A stretch of 64,000 nt of DNA from Takakia lepidozioides (taxonomy: Eukaryota > Plantae > Bryophyta). Shown in pieces: positions 50,061-63,945 of this stretch; position 1 is the first letter of the stretch; each line of letters starts with the position of its first letter. Position numbers and translations under genes: made by a program. The notes under the pieces were generated by a model, which did no database searches, had not been told where the DNA came from, and saw only the letters and a program-made list of their open reading frames with translations. Where the stretch lies: assembly GCA_030704615.1 (NCBI GenBank), contig CM060731.1, positions 56,296,001-56,360,000 of the forward strand, in the 5' to 3' direction.

Positions 50061-50757
50061 TTGAATTTCAGTGATTGTAATCTACTCAAACTACAAAAAT
50101 TATTACTATTTTACGTGGAAGGCTACTGTATATAGTAAAGTGAAGTACTGTCGAGTAGCATGGTATATATCTTCTACTATATTATGACTGTATCAGTGGA
50201 ACATAATGATTGTGTGCCATGATTTCTAGTATATGGTTCGACTGTGAGACATGTGTATAATGTAGTATTTTACTGTGAAGCAGTAAAAGTGGACATATTT
50301 TAATAAATATATTTCACTCTGGGGTGTATACATAAATATTAAAACCATATATTAAATATATTTTGAAATTAAGGAGGCTTTTTGTTTAAATATTTGTTTG
50401 TTTTTGTTTTTGTGGATTCTGTTATTTTATTTATTTACTTTTTATTTTATATGTATATATATTTGAATTAGTGGGTTTTGTATTTAAATTTTTTGATTCG
50501 CTGCACTGCATTGAAAATATTTTACAAATACAACAAAACATAGAATACAAATACATGGCAGGAACGCAGAACATTTGGATGGCTCAAAACTGGCTTATAT
50601 CAAGAGTGTTTTGCAAAACAAGTTTTGGCCACATCGAGCACGAGGGCCCATGTTGCCATATCCATAGATCACTGCCCAAGTTAAGTCATTGAGTAAGGAA
50701 AATTTGCTTTTCAGCTAGGTCCAGCACTATCGTGGACATGTCAAGAGAACATCGGAA

Positions 50758-53700
50758 TCATTTCGTGAATGAATTCAGGAACTTGTAGTTCCACATAACG
50801 GTGGTGCCCAAAGTGACCTCACTATCAGAAGCCTCGGTGTTGCAAGAAGGTATAAGGTGCGTTGGCTCAATAGCATTTTCAACTTGAACACTATAGTACC
50901 CATCTGGCAACGAGCCCACTTTGCCATAAACCCCAACAATCTTGCCCCAACCAACAACCAAACCTTCTTTCTTAAAGTTGCGCAAATAGACCTTGTATCC
51001 TTTCTTAAACTGCATGCCAACACACCAGCAGTTCAATATCGACAGTTCAGACTTCAAATCAACCAAAGATGAAACGAACAGTCTAGTCTCCGCAATACGT
51101 ACTTGCAATAAAACCACAATGTTCAAAAATTGCAAACATCAAGGAGAGATCAAATTACCGCTGCGGGTGGGGCACTCTCAGCCCAAGCAGCACTGGCATG
51201 TCCTCGAGTTGCAGGCCAATTGGTTGTTGGCCGTGCATCACACAGTTCCTTGCATTGTAAATCAGACCTCTGCCCCCCCAAAAATACGTACCCATGAGTC
51301 AGACAGCATGGAACAAAGCGCAAAAATGCTACCGTTAATATCAACCCCCTTTGTAGCCACCAAGGCTCTCAGTGCTACAACCATCCAGCCTAATGTCATC
51401 AGTTGTCATCACCTGCCATGAGCTCCAGCAAAGGCAACCAACATACATTTCCGTTGTTTCAAGCCAACATTAAGAGAGGAATGCGTTGAGGTAATAAATT
51501 GATGGATAGGAAGAAATATTACCTCTTGTTCTGAATGGTGTACTTTGCCAGGTGAGGAATGTTTGCTCTCCATACTGTGGGTGCCCTCTGGAGTGGGGAC
51601 ATCTTCACCACCATCAGACGGCAGCTGCTGGGCTCTGCCACCTATTTTCCTCTTTGCACCCCCCCCACCCTTACCCTTTCCTCCCTGACAACTCTCCCCT
51701 TGTGCAAGATGACCTTCCAAAGCAGTTGCAGATGAGGAAAGGTTCAGAGTCTGCCCTGCTTTCAACTTCACCAGGACCCCACCTCTTCTTTTACCTTTTT
51801 CCTTAGCTCCTCCCTTCACCCTCTTGTTGCTGTCCATCTCTGCGACCTTTTCCTCACATTGTGAACTAGAATCTTTGGATTTACTGGGATCATCAGACGT
51901 TGTATGTGTCCCACCAGGCGTTGCGCGTGCCACTTCACTTTCCCCAGAGCATTTTGTAAGGGCTTCTCCCGTTTCCTTGCCTCCTCCCTTCATCCCCTTG
52001 CTACTCTCCAGCTGTACAACCTCTACTTCATGTTCTGAACCACACTCCTTGGACTCGAGCGGAATTACTTTTGCGTTGGGTGGCTCGGCAAGGCCCCCAG
52101 CAGGTGACCCCCCCCCCCTCTTCTGCATCTTTAAATGCAGATCCTAGACTCTTCCTAGCAATAGTTGAGGCAGGGGGTAATTTACCGGTGTCTGTAGGAG
52201 CTTCTTGCCCACGGGGAGGCGACGCTTTAAGAACCATGGCAGCATCACTCATTGAGCACCAACACCATCATGTCCTTAACCTCTCGTCGACTCTCAACTA
52301 TCTCTGCTGACATGTCATTCAGCTGTGAATCCACTCCACTTCTCCAACTGGTGATTCCCTCCAGCTGTTGTGACAGCGCACTCTCGGACCCCTGCAGACA
52401 TCCCAACGTCATCAGCAATAGAACCTGCATGTGGTTTGCCCAAGAGAAATAGAGAGGTAGAGACAGAGGGAAAAACAAAACACATGAAGAGACTTCCACA
52501 GGTTCCCAAGGGCTCAGGTTGCACAGTACAACAACAGGGACCACATGTCAAAGAGGCACCAAAAACCAGGCAAAGCCGACATTGTATCTTTGACAATTAT
52601 TCAGCAAGGGCCACGAATGATGGTCAGCAGCCATGGCCACCAATGAAGAGACGTGTACAAATGAATGCAACTGCATTCGAGTATGTAAAATAACCAACCT
52701 TGCCATGACCCTATAAATAAACTCTTAACCCCTTGTTTCCATGATTTCCAACCTCCCAGCACTCAAACATCGACGAGAACAAGAACAGCTGCTACTCTGG
52801 GTGATGCGCCATTCATGATGAAGCCAAAACAAAATCCACACGTTTCCCCCTTTCAGCTGCAGCTCGTGTTCAATCACGACAACAATAGGATACCTATTCA
52901 GCTCCTGGTCAGTCATTACAAGCAGCAACAACAAATAAATATCAAAACGACACAAACAGCTACTACACCTAATGGAAACCCATCTTTAAAGAACCAAAAG
53001 AAAGCGTATGGATTAATTTCTCCTACTTCAGTTCATGGTTGATTGTTGCAGAGGTCTGAGCCTTTTCACCAAGCGTATATCAGCGTCCACAAAATCATTG
53101 ACCTAACGTGGAGATGCTACAAGTTAGTGACTGACAAAATACCCAAAGACATGTACTAGACATCAGGGGCAGGTTGCAGCAGTTACAGCCCAATGAACAT
53201 CATCACCAGATACCTCAAACAGCTGCTAGCTCCATGTTTAATTACCATATCTCCAGCACCAACATTCCAAATGGTACCCTCCTCCCCACAGTCTTCAATC
53301 ACATCATCTCCATCCAGCCTCCTTCATCTCCACTCTCTCTCCTCCATATTCCCCAAGCCACTATCAGGAAAAAATAAAAGGTGCTCCAAGCATGAAGCCC
53401 CAAACCTGAGTTATGAGTTAGATAGTCTTACCCTTGCACTTCGAGTCTCCGAGTATCCTTTGGGAGTTGTCAACGCTGCAGTTAAGGCCTGAATGGATGG
53501 GCTTCCTTCGCTTTCTTTCCCCTGTGTACAGCCACAACAAGACCCATTAGGTGAACGCAGACGTTGAAGTGGCAAAATTACAAATTGCGTCAACCCATGC
53601 AATATACATATAAGTCATCTTACCAATTTGGCTGCTGTCCCTGCAATTCCAGCCCGTCCAACGTGGCTTCCCTTTTTTATTGCAGCACGAGATGCAGCCC

Positions 53701-56000
53701 TGTCTTTGGCCTCCTCCTGCCCCTCTTTTGATGACCACCATCCCACCAAGCTCTTCCACGCGTGTGGAGGAAAACCATCGGGCCTGGGATTGTGTGCAGT
53801 CCACTCTCTCTTCCAGCGAGATCTCTCACTCTTCATGAAATTCATTATGTAAGTACGAACTGCGTTTGCCTTCAGAGGAAATGGTGCATACCGGAACTCA
53901 ATTTGCATCTCCTTGACAATGAAATTTTATCTTATCCTCATTCTGGTGTTTAATTCCCCTGGCCCCAAAGTCAAGACAGCATATCACGTGGCCTTTTATC
54001 TTTGTTTGCCATTTCGACTTCCCCTTCGCAATGTCACCTATCTTAGTAGTAGTATTTGTGTAGACAGGCTGACCTTCTGAGGCACTGCGCTTCCACTGCT
54101 CCTGCAAGTCCTTATCGTCTTTCCTTGCTTCCCGTCGAAGCTCTGCCCTCCGCGCCTTTGCTGCTGCCCCCTCCACCGCTGGCTGTACATCCTTTGCTGC
54201 TGCTTCGCCCTTGACGACGGCATCACCTACAGGTCCAGCACCCCATCCTCCCACAAGCCCCCAATTTGGGTGGGCAGCTTGCCCCATTGCACCACCATGT
54301 TGGCTCTGTTGTTGTTGGTAAGGAAACGGCAACACAGGAGGCTGGTTGTTGCTCCCAAAGTTGTGAAAGCCAGGCTGGTTTCCAAATTGCACCGGAGCAC
54401 CCTGGAAAGGGGGCTGCTGTGAGGGTGGCAAGTTTGAGTATGGGTTCAAGTAACCCGGCATGGGGGGGGGGGGGGGGGGGTGCTGGTTGAAATTACCTGT
54501 CTATGGGCTTTGGGGACTCTGTATGTACTGACGTTGTTGGTTGTAATTGCCTCCTGATGCAGGCTGCTGGAAGGATGATGATGATACAGGGTACATCTGC
54601 CCGACAGTCCCATACAACCAGCCTTGGCCACCAGGAGAGATTGGGGCTGTAGGGATGGTAGGGGTCTTTGAACTAGAGCCCTTCTGTCGTTTTGCACGAT
54701 CCTACAAGATCACAAAGTCTGTGTTAGTAAAACTTATGTAGCTCAAAAGTATTAAGGGAATTGTTGTCATTCACTTCCTACATGCATATCGAACACTTCA
54801 AGGACTTGTAACTGTGGAGGTTAAAGGCTGACACAAAACTCCTTGAAGTCTGTGGGCGTGAAATGCCCATATGTCATAGGCTGAGACTTCTGTCGAACTT
54901 GGGGTTTCAGTGTCGCAATCTGCAACTCTAATCTTCCTTTCCTGCATTTCTCATCCTGAAGTAACATACATTTTGGCAATCACTACAAGACATAACCCTC
55001 GTCCCTCTCGTTCAGGACAACACTGACCAGGTAACCAAGAATTTGGGCATGAAACAAATGAATGCAAATGATAAGGACATAAGAAACAGAGTGGGAGAGA
55101 GAGCAAAAACTAGCATCGGTTTTATCGTGGCATCTTGGTGGAAAACGCATTCACCCATTTCAGGGATGGGGGTTCTGCCTCTGCGCTTGATTCCTCCGGG
55201 TCGTCGGCCTCATCTGCTTGGAACAATCTATCCGCCTCACTATCGAAACTCTTCTCCGAATCATCAGACTCCACCACAGGACGTCGGTCGTTGCCTCCCA
55301 TGGCACTCTCTTGCATCCAAGCACTTCGCCTCTGAAGAGCAAGGTCACGCGGCGGCCCAGCAGGGAGTTGGGGAAGGCCCAGCTTCTGCCTCACTCTACA
55401 CAACACCTTCCGCAACGTCAGTCCCACACAACCTGCACGCTCCTCCTTAGAAAACAAGGTGCCTGCAGCCTTTGGCCCTTCGCTACAAGGCGGGGGAATG
55501 TTTAAAAAAAAAACTAGGGCAACGCTGCTCCCCTCCACTAATACTTTGCCACATGTTAGTTTTATCCTAGTCATAGTAAAACTTTCAACTTCAATTTTAC
55601 TGTAGATTCTACTTCGTACTTGCAGCTGAAGAGGCCCTGGCAGGACTGACGCCCCATGAACGAAGACTCTTAAAAAACACAAAAGCAAGAGGAGAAAGCA
55701 TAAAGATTTGACCTTCTTACGTTGAAGAAGAAGACTACCTGCATAAAGGAAGGCGAAGCGAAAGAATGTAATAAGGGTTTAAGGTGACAGAGATACTCCC
55801 GATTTGTGTCCTCGATAAGACCGAGCTCATTCATGCGCTCAACGTTTCGGATAAGATTCCGCTTCCGCATGCGTTCATACTCAGTCAGGCCCTCCTCCTC
55901 CTGCGCGAGTGACGGGCCACCCTCCCCAACTGCATTGGAGTGTTTGTCCATTCTGCTACTGCTAATGAACTTTGTTGTGGTGGAGGGAGGCTTCATGTCA
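50758..56000 (-). pseudogene. TnpA-like (Ptta/Tnp1 En/Spm) multi-exon gene
   Basis: LTEYERMRKRNLIRN; RPDGFPPHAWKSLVGWWSSKEGQEEAKDRAASR...HVGRAG (Ptta-like); C-terminal VVGWGKI...SVQVE...LIP...GTTVMW (Tnp1-like). Exon boundaries not fully resolved. Confidence 0.7.
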
Positions 56001-58197
56001 GTCAACGATAATGGTGGGGCGGATTGCCTAAGAAACCAGGTGAAGTGCTTGTTGCAAGCAGCGACCAAGCTCTCATTCGTCGTAAAGAGAAAAACACGAA
56101 TGGGCGGGAAAGACGTAGGGCCGATACACATAGGCATTTCAGGACCTGGCAACCTACGAAGGTGGACGAGTCAAGTAGGTTTTCGTGGGTCTTAGCGGAG
56201 GTTTCCCGAAGTTTCCAGAGCAGGTAGCATTACTCCCTCCTTGTCTTCCTCCTGTTCTGCCCTCACAATTGATTGAGCTGGGACATTTGTTTCCAATTGG
56301 AGTGTCACATTACTACAGAGTTTGCCGATTTGGGCAGCGGTTCATAAGAAAATACAGAGGTATGAAGGTTATGATAAAAGCATCATAGTGGCTCAGCTCC
56401 GTTTAGCTTGAAGACAAGTTCAAATGTATCTCCATTATCTGTAGGTGTGCAAAAATTTATTTGCCTTCTTGTGTGTGGCTTTATGAGAGCAGTTGTTTTG
56501 TTGTCTTACAAGTGTGGTATTGTGTTGTTCATGGTGGGCTCATACAGTCAAGTGGTGTTGCCTTGTATTGTGTTGTTGATGGTGGGCTCATATACTCAAG
56601 TGGGTGTGCCTGGGATGCCATGGGCGACAAGAACGATGATTGCTACATAGTCAATGCTGCTATCTATGTGGGTTACTTGTTTTTGGCATCGTCGTAGTGA
56701 CAATTGCATGGTGAGTTTTGTCTTCCCTGAGGCTGCCTAACCTTTCTTTTTCGTCCCTGTTTATCTCTTCTCTATCACCCTTGGTCTCTTGATTGTGAAT
56801 AGTAGCTACAGTGGTGACTGAGTATTTATGTTACTGCAACGATTTGGATTAAACTCAACCACTTAACAGTGGTTTTCTGGATTAAGAATTTGTGGTATCA
56901 GGCAGGGGCTTGATGGGTTTGTTTTTTCAAATATGGCAGAATGTTGATAAGGACCTGACAACACCTTAAGGAAAATTCAGACAGACCTGCTTACTGGTAT
57001 TTGTTTTCCGTTGCTTGCTACTATGGCAGTGTATTCATAAGGCTATGGAGTAATAATCTTTTACCTGGTTCAAGCTATTGAAATTCCAAACAGATATTTC
57101 TTTGACCTGGTATAAGGTTCGTAATTGGTAAGCTTGTTTCTTCAAACATAGTAGAGACGTGTTGATAGGGATCTGGGACAACATTTTACCGCATGGTTTT
57201 GCCTGTTGGAAAATCAAATAGCTCTGTTTTTGTTTTGTTTCATCTAAAGTGGTTGTAAGCAGGTTCTGGAACAATACTTCCAGACCCACATTATGCTCCA
57301 TGGAATGAGAATCATGTTTGAATGTGTGGTGATGAAATCTCTTTACAGCAAAACAAGGTTATTTCATGATGAATGCCTTACTTTTCCCACCCTCCCACCC
57401 AAACATTTCAAGTACCCTGAAATCTACAACGAAGAATCAAATCAGGTGTTGTGAAGGGAAGAAGATGTTAAATAGAACCTTTGTAAGGTTGCTTTGTCTT
57501 TTAATGACAATGACTTTGTAAAGTCTTGTCTTGACATGACAATGAGTAGGTTATTGTCTTTGGTCCATGACGTTTAATTCAGCAGTTGGGGATGGAGAGG
57601 GGTGCTCTCGAGAATCATGCATACTTGATGCTGCTCATATTGCAGTAAATCCATTGAGGTTGTTATCCCCAGGTGATTATCCTCAACAATCCTTGTTTTT
57701 ATTACTGCAGCCTTTACATTCTCTTGTGTTTGGCCTTTACCACGACAATTGCTATGAGATAGCTGGCAGGGAAAGCTGATAATGTCAGCTGATAGCTGAT
57801 AGCTGTGACCTGATAGCTGATAGTTCACGCCTTGGGTGGGTTGTCAGGTGGAGTAGGCAGCAGTAGTGGCTGACGCACTCACAAGCAGCCAGTGCTTCTT
57901 TGACATAGGTGACCCTGCTTCATCCTCTTGTCACATTGCTCCTTACATTTGAATGTATAATTATGATGTAGCAGATATGAGTACATATGAGCAGATTCTC
58001 ATATGTTACAGATTGCTACGACTGATGTGTTGCCATGAAACATCTATGGCGCGGGGGGTTTTATACATTAGCTGCCAGGTTGCTGCTGCATCAACCAAAG
58101 GGATGTCAGTTCACAACCCTAATTATTTCACCTATAAATTGGGCCTCGGCTTTATTGTAACGTATGGTGGTGGATGATGTTATGGTAGGCCCAAATT

Positions 58198-59655
58198 ATG
58201 GCAGGACAAGCACCAAGGAGGGAAAGCATTTCTGACCCTAGGAAGATACGCAAGCGAGATGAAAAGTTGTGGCAACGAGAGGAGCGTCGTGCCAATGTGT
58301 TGGGACGCAGAAAGTTTGTTGTCCGTGCAGAGTTTGCCATGGGGGGGTTAAGAGATTGAGGTGGGTGGTCCAAAGACAGCTTGCAGTTGAAGGTAGGGGC
58401 CCCAGACTAAGGGTAAAGCACCCAAGTGATGAAGGGGACTCTTCAGATGAAGACTGGAATGCTGCCTACTTTGGGCAGCATTGCAAGACCCCACAACTGG
58501 ATAATCATGATGCTATCACTCATAATTCCTGGCCCTAACAGCGTAGTGAATGAGAACATTGACGTATACCTGCAACCTTTACTTGAGGAGTTGTTGGAAT
58601 TGTGGGAAGGGGTGCCTTGTGTGGATGCAACTATGGCGGGGCTCGGTAACATGCATTTCCGGATGAGGGCAGTACTAATGTGGACAATCCAAGATTTTCC
58701 AGCATATGGGCTGATTTGAGGATGTTCAACAAAGGGCTACAAAGCCTGCCCCCCTTGTGGGCCTGATCTGGACTCAAGGCACTCTGGGCACTTGAAAAAG
58801 CACGTTTACCTTGGCCACCGGCGGTACACTAAGCGCCATCATCCCTACAGAAGGGCTGCAACTGCCTTTGATGGCACTATAGAGAGGCGCGACCCCTCTC
58901 CTTCTGTAACTCCAGCTGAAATCTTGGAGAGAGCCCTTGAGACACATAATTATATGGAGAACACAGGTCGAAGCTACGACGATAAGCGTTGCCCTGCCAA
59001 GCGCCATGGTGTGAAGAGGAGATCTTGTTTGTGGGACCTCCCGTACTGGAAGGTGAGCAATGAACCAGCCTTGCCTCCCAGGTGGATGGGATTTTTGGTG
59101 TTGTGTGTTGTGTCTTCATTTATTAGAGTTCTCACATTAGGTTGATCATTGTGCTTCTTCTGAACGCAGGACTTGCCTATTCGTCATACACTTGACATTA
59201 TGCACTGTGAGAAAAACCTCATAGAAAACGTCATGAAGACAATTTTTGGAGAGAAAGACACCTTAGGGGTGCGGAAAGACATGGAGGCAATGCAGATCCA
59301 ACAACACCTATGGCCTGTTCAAGAGCCTGGAAGACAGCCTGGGCAAACCAGGGAGGTATTGCCTGATGCCCCCTATGTTTTCAGTTCAGATGAGATGTCT
59401 GCCTTTCTACGGGGATTGGGGACATTGAAAGTACCTACAAGCTATGCGGGGGCCTTCAAAAAGCACGTCACTGGAAACAAGTTAGGGTCCATGAAGTCCC
59501 ATGACTACCATGTCATGATGCAACAAATTTTTCCAGTGGTCAGTCGCAATCTCCTAAAACCTGGTGTGAGGAAAGCAGTCATGTCTCTTAGCCGCGTGTT
59601 CGGAGAGATTTGTGCAAAGGTCTGGGACCCTTCCCGCATCAACAAGCTGAGGGAT
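58198..59655 (+). pseudogene. CACTA TnpD/Tnp2 transposase, internally deleted and 3' truncated
   Basis: CPCRVC; MLSLIIPGP...IDVYLQPLLEEL; WTIQDFPAYG; WDLPYWK|DLPIRHTLDIMHCEKN; MKSHDYHVMMQ. Confidence 0.92.
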
Positions 59656-62600
59656 CGCCCCGCAAGGCCAAGAAGGTCCACCATGCATCCCAAGTGCTCC
59701 ACTATAGGAATGAGGCCATGATCTTGACTCAGGGAATCAAAGTAATGTCTGCCCTCATCCACTAGGCCAATATGGCTGCATGCAGAGAGAACACATGTGA
59801 AGGTGAAACTGAACTGTCCGGCTTCCAGCCTTTGTTTTGATGACACCACATTTCGTTCAGCCATATTGTCAAACACCCCCTTTGCATACTTCATGCTCCC
59901 GCACTTGGCATACATGTCTACGAGGGCAGTGTCCAAGATGACGTTTGGCACAATTCCAGCTTTCATGATGTCAGCATGGATGTCTTTACCCTTTTCCAGG
60001 GCTGTTGGGCTGGCACACACTCTGCAAACACACACAAATGTGACCTGGTTCGGCATCACCCCTTCCTGCATCATTAGCTCATAGGTCTCGAAAGCCTCGA
60101 TCCAACATCCCCCCTGGGCATATCCTGCAATGAGTGCATTCCATTACGCCACATTTCGTTCAGGCATTTTGTCAAACACTCCCTTTGCATCCACAATGCT
60201 CCTACATTTGCCATACATGTCCACAAGAGCAGCCCAGAATCACATCTGGCAAGATTCCAGCTTTCATGATGGCGACATGGACCTCTTTGCCCTTTTCCAG
60301 AGCTGCCATGCTGGCACACGCAGACAAACACAACTTGATCAGGCTTTGCCCCCACCCGCAACATTTGCTCATAGGTTTTCAAAGCATCCATCCCACACCC
60401 ATGCTGGGCATACCCTGCGATCATTGCACCCCATGATACAACATCTCTTTCAGGCATATGGTCAAACACTCCCTTTGCATCCTTGATGCTCCCACATTTG
60501 GCATACATGTCCACGAGGGCAATGTCCAGAATTTGGTACAATTCCAGCTTTCATGATGTCACCATGGACCTCCTTGCCCTTGTCCAGGGCTGACAGGCTG
60601 GCACGCGCCTTGAGAACGCAAACAAACATGACCTGGTCAGGTGTTATCCCTTCCTGTATCATTTCGTCATAGATCTGAAAGGCATTTCTACCACATCGCT
60701 GCTTGGTATATCCTGCGATCATTGTAGTCCATGAAAACATATTTCACTCGGGCATTTTGTCAAACAGTCTGTGTGCATCCAGGATGCTCCCACACTTGAC
60801 ATACATGTTGAGAAGGGTGTTGTGTAGAAACACATTTGGCTTAAATCCACTTTGGATAATGTGGGCGTGCACCTGCTTTCCCACTGCTAGGCCTTTCATC
60901 TTCATGCACTTATGCAGAAGATAGACGTAAGTATCAGAGTCTGCCGAGACGCCTTCTTGGTTAAAAATGTGCAGAGCCTCTGTCATTTGTCCTGCCTTAC
61001 ATAATGTCCTCACCTGCCCACAAGTGCCTAAAAAGATCTTGTGGCTTCCCTCTCCTGGTCGTCTATCAGAGGCAGTGGTCATGGTCAAGGTGCTTGATTC
61101 TATCAACTGCGATGCTGCTGCTTCCAGTTGGCCAGCAACCCAAGCAGGCTTTGTGTCAATAATAATCCACAGTACCTCATTGATAGTTTTGTGCTTGAGA
61201 TCCCATTCTTTTGGATGGATCTGCACCCATACTCCATCCCTGACTCCTTCAGCTGTGATGTATAGATCCTCCCACTTGCTGCGCCTGACATTGACTACCT
61301 GAAGTTTACCTAGCAAGCCACTTATCCTGCGCCAGTTCCTATGCTGAAGTGCTGATAAGACTTAAAAGCACGTATTATACAGAATATTATATAGCGAATC
61401 TAGAATTAGGGTTAGGTTAATTAGAGTGAGCATGACAGTAATAGGATAACAACTTGCAAGAAACAATTTTTGATGGCTTCTATTGTAGATAGCAGGCATT
61501 GACCTTTTTGCAAGGATTGTCCCACCGTTGACAGGAGTTTGACAAATATTGCTTCTCCTCATCTCTATTTTTAGTTTTAGGATATTTGCCTGCAACCCAG
61601 TGTCACCGCAGCAACATGTCAACAATGTGAGACCCACCACAGATCTACTGGGCAAGCTAAACTTACAAAACCCATGATGGAAACTAGGAACGAAGCCTGA
61701 TAGGAGGACAAAGCAATCCTAATTGTGTAGAAGAAGATGCCCTTGCCTGATTGTATTTGACCTTGTGTCAGTGCAGCAGCTGGTTTTCTTCCTTTCACCC
61801 ATGAGGGATTTAACCAACCCTCAATCCAAAGGACCTCTTTGACACACTGCTTAGATCTGTAATCTGGTGATCTTGGATTGGTCTGTGAAAACCACCAGGG
61901 TGCAGCTGAGCAGCCATGTTCTTAAATACAACCTCCTGAAAAACACTAGGAAAAACCCTTGGGCCATGCACTTTCATTTTTAGGAAGAACATATTTATCC
62001 AAATAGTAAGATGAATTTTCACAGAAAAGACAACTCCTTCACATCATACATGAAGAAAGGCGCAACTTGCAACCGCGGATGTCCCACCATTGCAGAGGAT
62101 TTCCAAAGAACTCTTTTCAGCGCAGCCCATGCTCCAGGGTTGACCTTTGTGACAGAAACTCCAAGGGCATCAAAACATTGGCAGGTTCATTTATGGTGGA
62201 GTGGATTCCACGACATTCATAAAAATCACTATGGGCTCTCTGAAGCAACAACATGAGGAACACAGGCATGTCCAAATTGAACATGAAGCAAACTTGTGCA
62301 TGACACGCTGCCCCTCTCATTGGGAGTCATACTCACTTTCGTCTTCAAGCTTCAAACCATCCAAACTAGAATTAGGACCACACTCTGCTACTCTCGCACC
62401 ATCACCAGATTGTTCTCGACCTTGTGTGGTGACGATTGGCTTTCCTTTCATCCAAGAGGGACTGAACCAACCCTCAATCCAAAGGCCCTCTTGAGGGCAC
62501 TGCATATGTCTGTAGTCTGGAGATTTTGCATTCGTCTGTCAAAACCACCGGGCACAGCTGAGCAGCCAGAGTTCTGACCACTGCTTCCTAAGACCAAGCT

Positions 62601-63267
62601 GCAACCAAGTACCTTGCAAACTCCAGGAAAAAACTTGGGCATCTAATTCCTTGCCCTTCTCACGAAGAACAGCCTACGCTACTGCCTACAAGAGCGGCTT
62701 TTGCAGAACCGACAAAGATTCTAACAATTAGGGGTACAGGACCTAGCCCACAATATTATTTCATAGCAGAGTCCATAAAACCCCCTCCTTCACAGACCCT
62801 GCAATTTCTATACGAAGAGAGCTCACCTTCTCGATGCTGTAGTCCCACCACTGAGAAGGATCTTTAAAAAACTCCTCCCAGCACTGTTCCATGCTCCAGC
62901 GTTGACCTACGTTCCAGATATACCAAAATTTCAAGAGGGCAATGTTGTCGATTGTACCTCTTGTATGACCATCCTGCTGACCAAATTACTGCCCATGCCT
63001 GGTTCCTATGGCGCATACAACACAGCGACTACAAGGGAAAAACACAGAATGAAAAAGTGTTTTCGTGCTTTTACCTTTCATTGGCATAAGTGAAAGCTTG
63101 GGAGGCGCCACGGACACCATTTGAAAGGGACTCGGTCCTTGGCGTATTGCCAAAAAGGATGCCGCTTTCAGCTCCACATCCCAGCCCCTTAATCGGCTGC
63201 ATCTTGCAGGAACCAAAAAAGCAGAGAGGGCGTTGTCCATACGCGGGCTCTGAAGAACGTCGGCCAT
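59655..63267 (-). pseudogene. Most complete PDF-PPR gene: N-terminal extension, three intron-split OSB-type PDF motifs, PLS array ending at L2-S2 (truncated)
   Basis: WEEFFKDPSQWWDYSIEK| (62880-62827) + TNAKSPDYRH...LWIEG...PSW; KEFFGNPLQWWDIRGCK + TNPRSPDYRSK...LWIEGWLNPSWV; third unit ...WDNPCKK| + IHPKEWDLKHK...LWI...KPAWV read in one frame (ORF 60744-61316) into PPR repeats; ends VLSACSHIGLVDEG...EHLGCMVDLLG. Confidence 0.85.
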
Positions 63268-63789
63268 CCCCACCAGTGCACAGCAGATACTTTTTGCTAC
63301 AACCCACCCCGTTAAGAGCTTCGATGGCTTATACTGCCGTTTTAGTGGAGGAGTTCTTGGCGCAATCTAGCCAGGAGGAAGTTCAACAGCCTGCGGCCGA
63401 CTCTGCATCCTGAATCGGCAAGGTCTGCCGATTCAGGAGACCGAATCGGCTGTTCAGGCTGCCATGGCACCTCGTAACAGCAGGGAACGAGGATGGCAGA
63501 CTATCAACGCAGGCTCAGGTAATGTCATGTCCAGTGTTGTGAGTTGTGACTCCCCGGGTACACAATACCAAAAGATTCCCACCCTAGGCCAAGATTCCAA
63601 AAACCACAGAAGATTCTCACATAGCACTAGAAAATGATTCTCTTACTCCCAATCCAAAATGGTTTAGATCATAGGATGCAATTTATGGCACCAAGCCCAA
63701 ATACGTATATCACATCTCCAAAAGAATGTATAATTATGCTAAATACACGTATCTCCATCCCATGTGCCAGCTCTACTACACGTTGGACC

Positions 63790-63945
63790 TAAGGTCATTT
63801 GGCTTAGGGTATTTGCAGGACATTTGGCTCACGGTCACTTGGCTTGTGTTGCTGGAACAATTGGCTTAGGGTTACATGACAATTGACTTATTAGTGTTGC
63901 TGGCACAATTGGCTCAAGGTTGCCAAAAATCTGGCTTAAGAACCA
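63790..63945. repeat. Degenerate short repeat (ttggct(t/c)a..gt)
   Basis: ttggcttagggt twice, plus ttggctcacggt, ttggctcaaggt and gtgttgctgg.acaattggct twice. Confidence 0.5.

Larger units (their letters stand above)
49642..59655. mobile_element. Large CACTA (En/Spm) element, right end truncated
   Basis: Starts CACTACAATACAAG; subterminal TGACGTG-rich repeats at 49820-50060; encodes TnpA-like (-) and TnpD (+) remnants; TnpD breaks at a PPR fragment. Confidence 0.8.

Noticed and set aside
63800-63875. Telomeric TTAGGG
   Set aside because: Only two isolated copies within a longer degenerate repeat.
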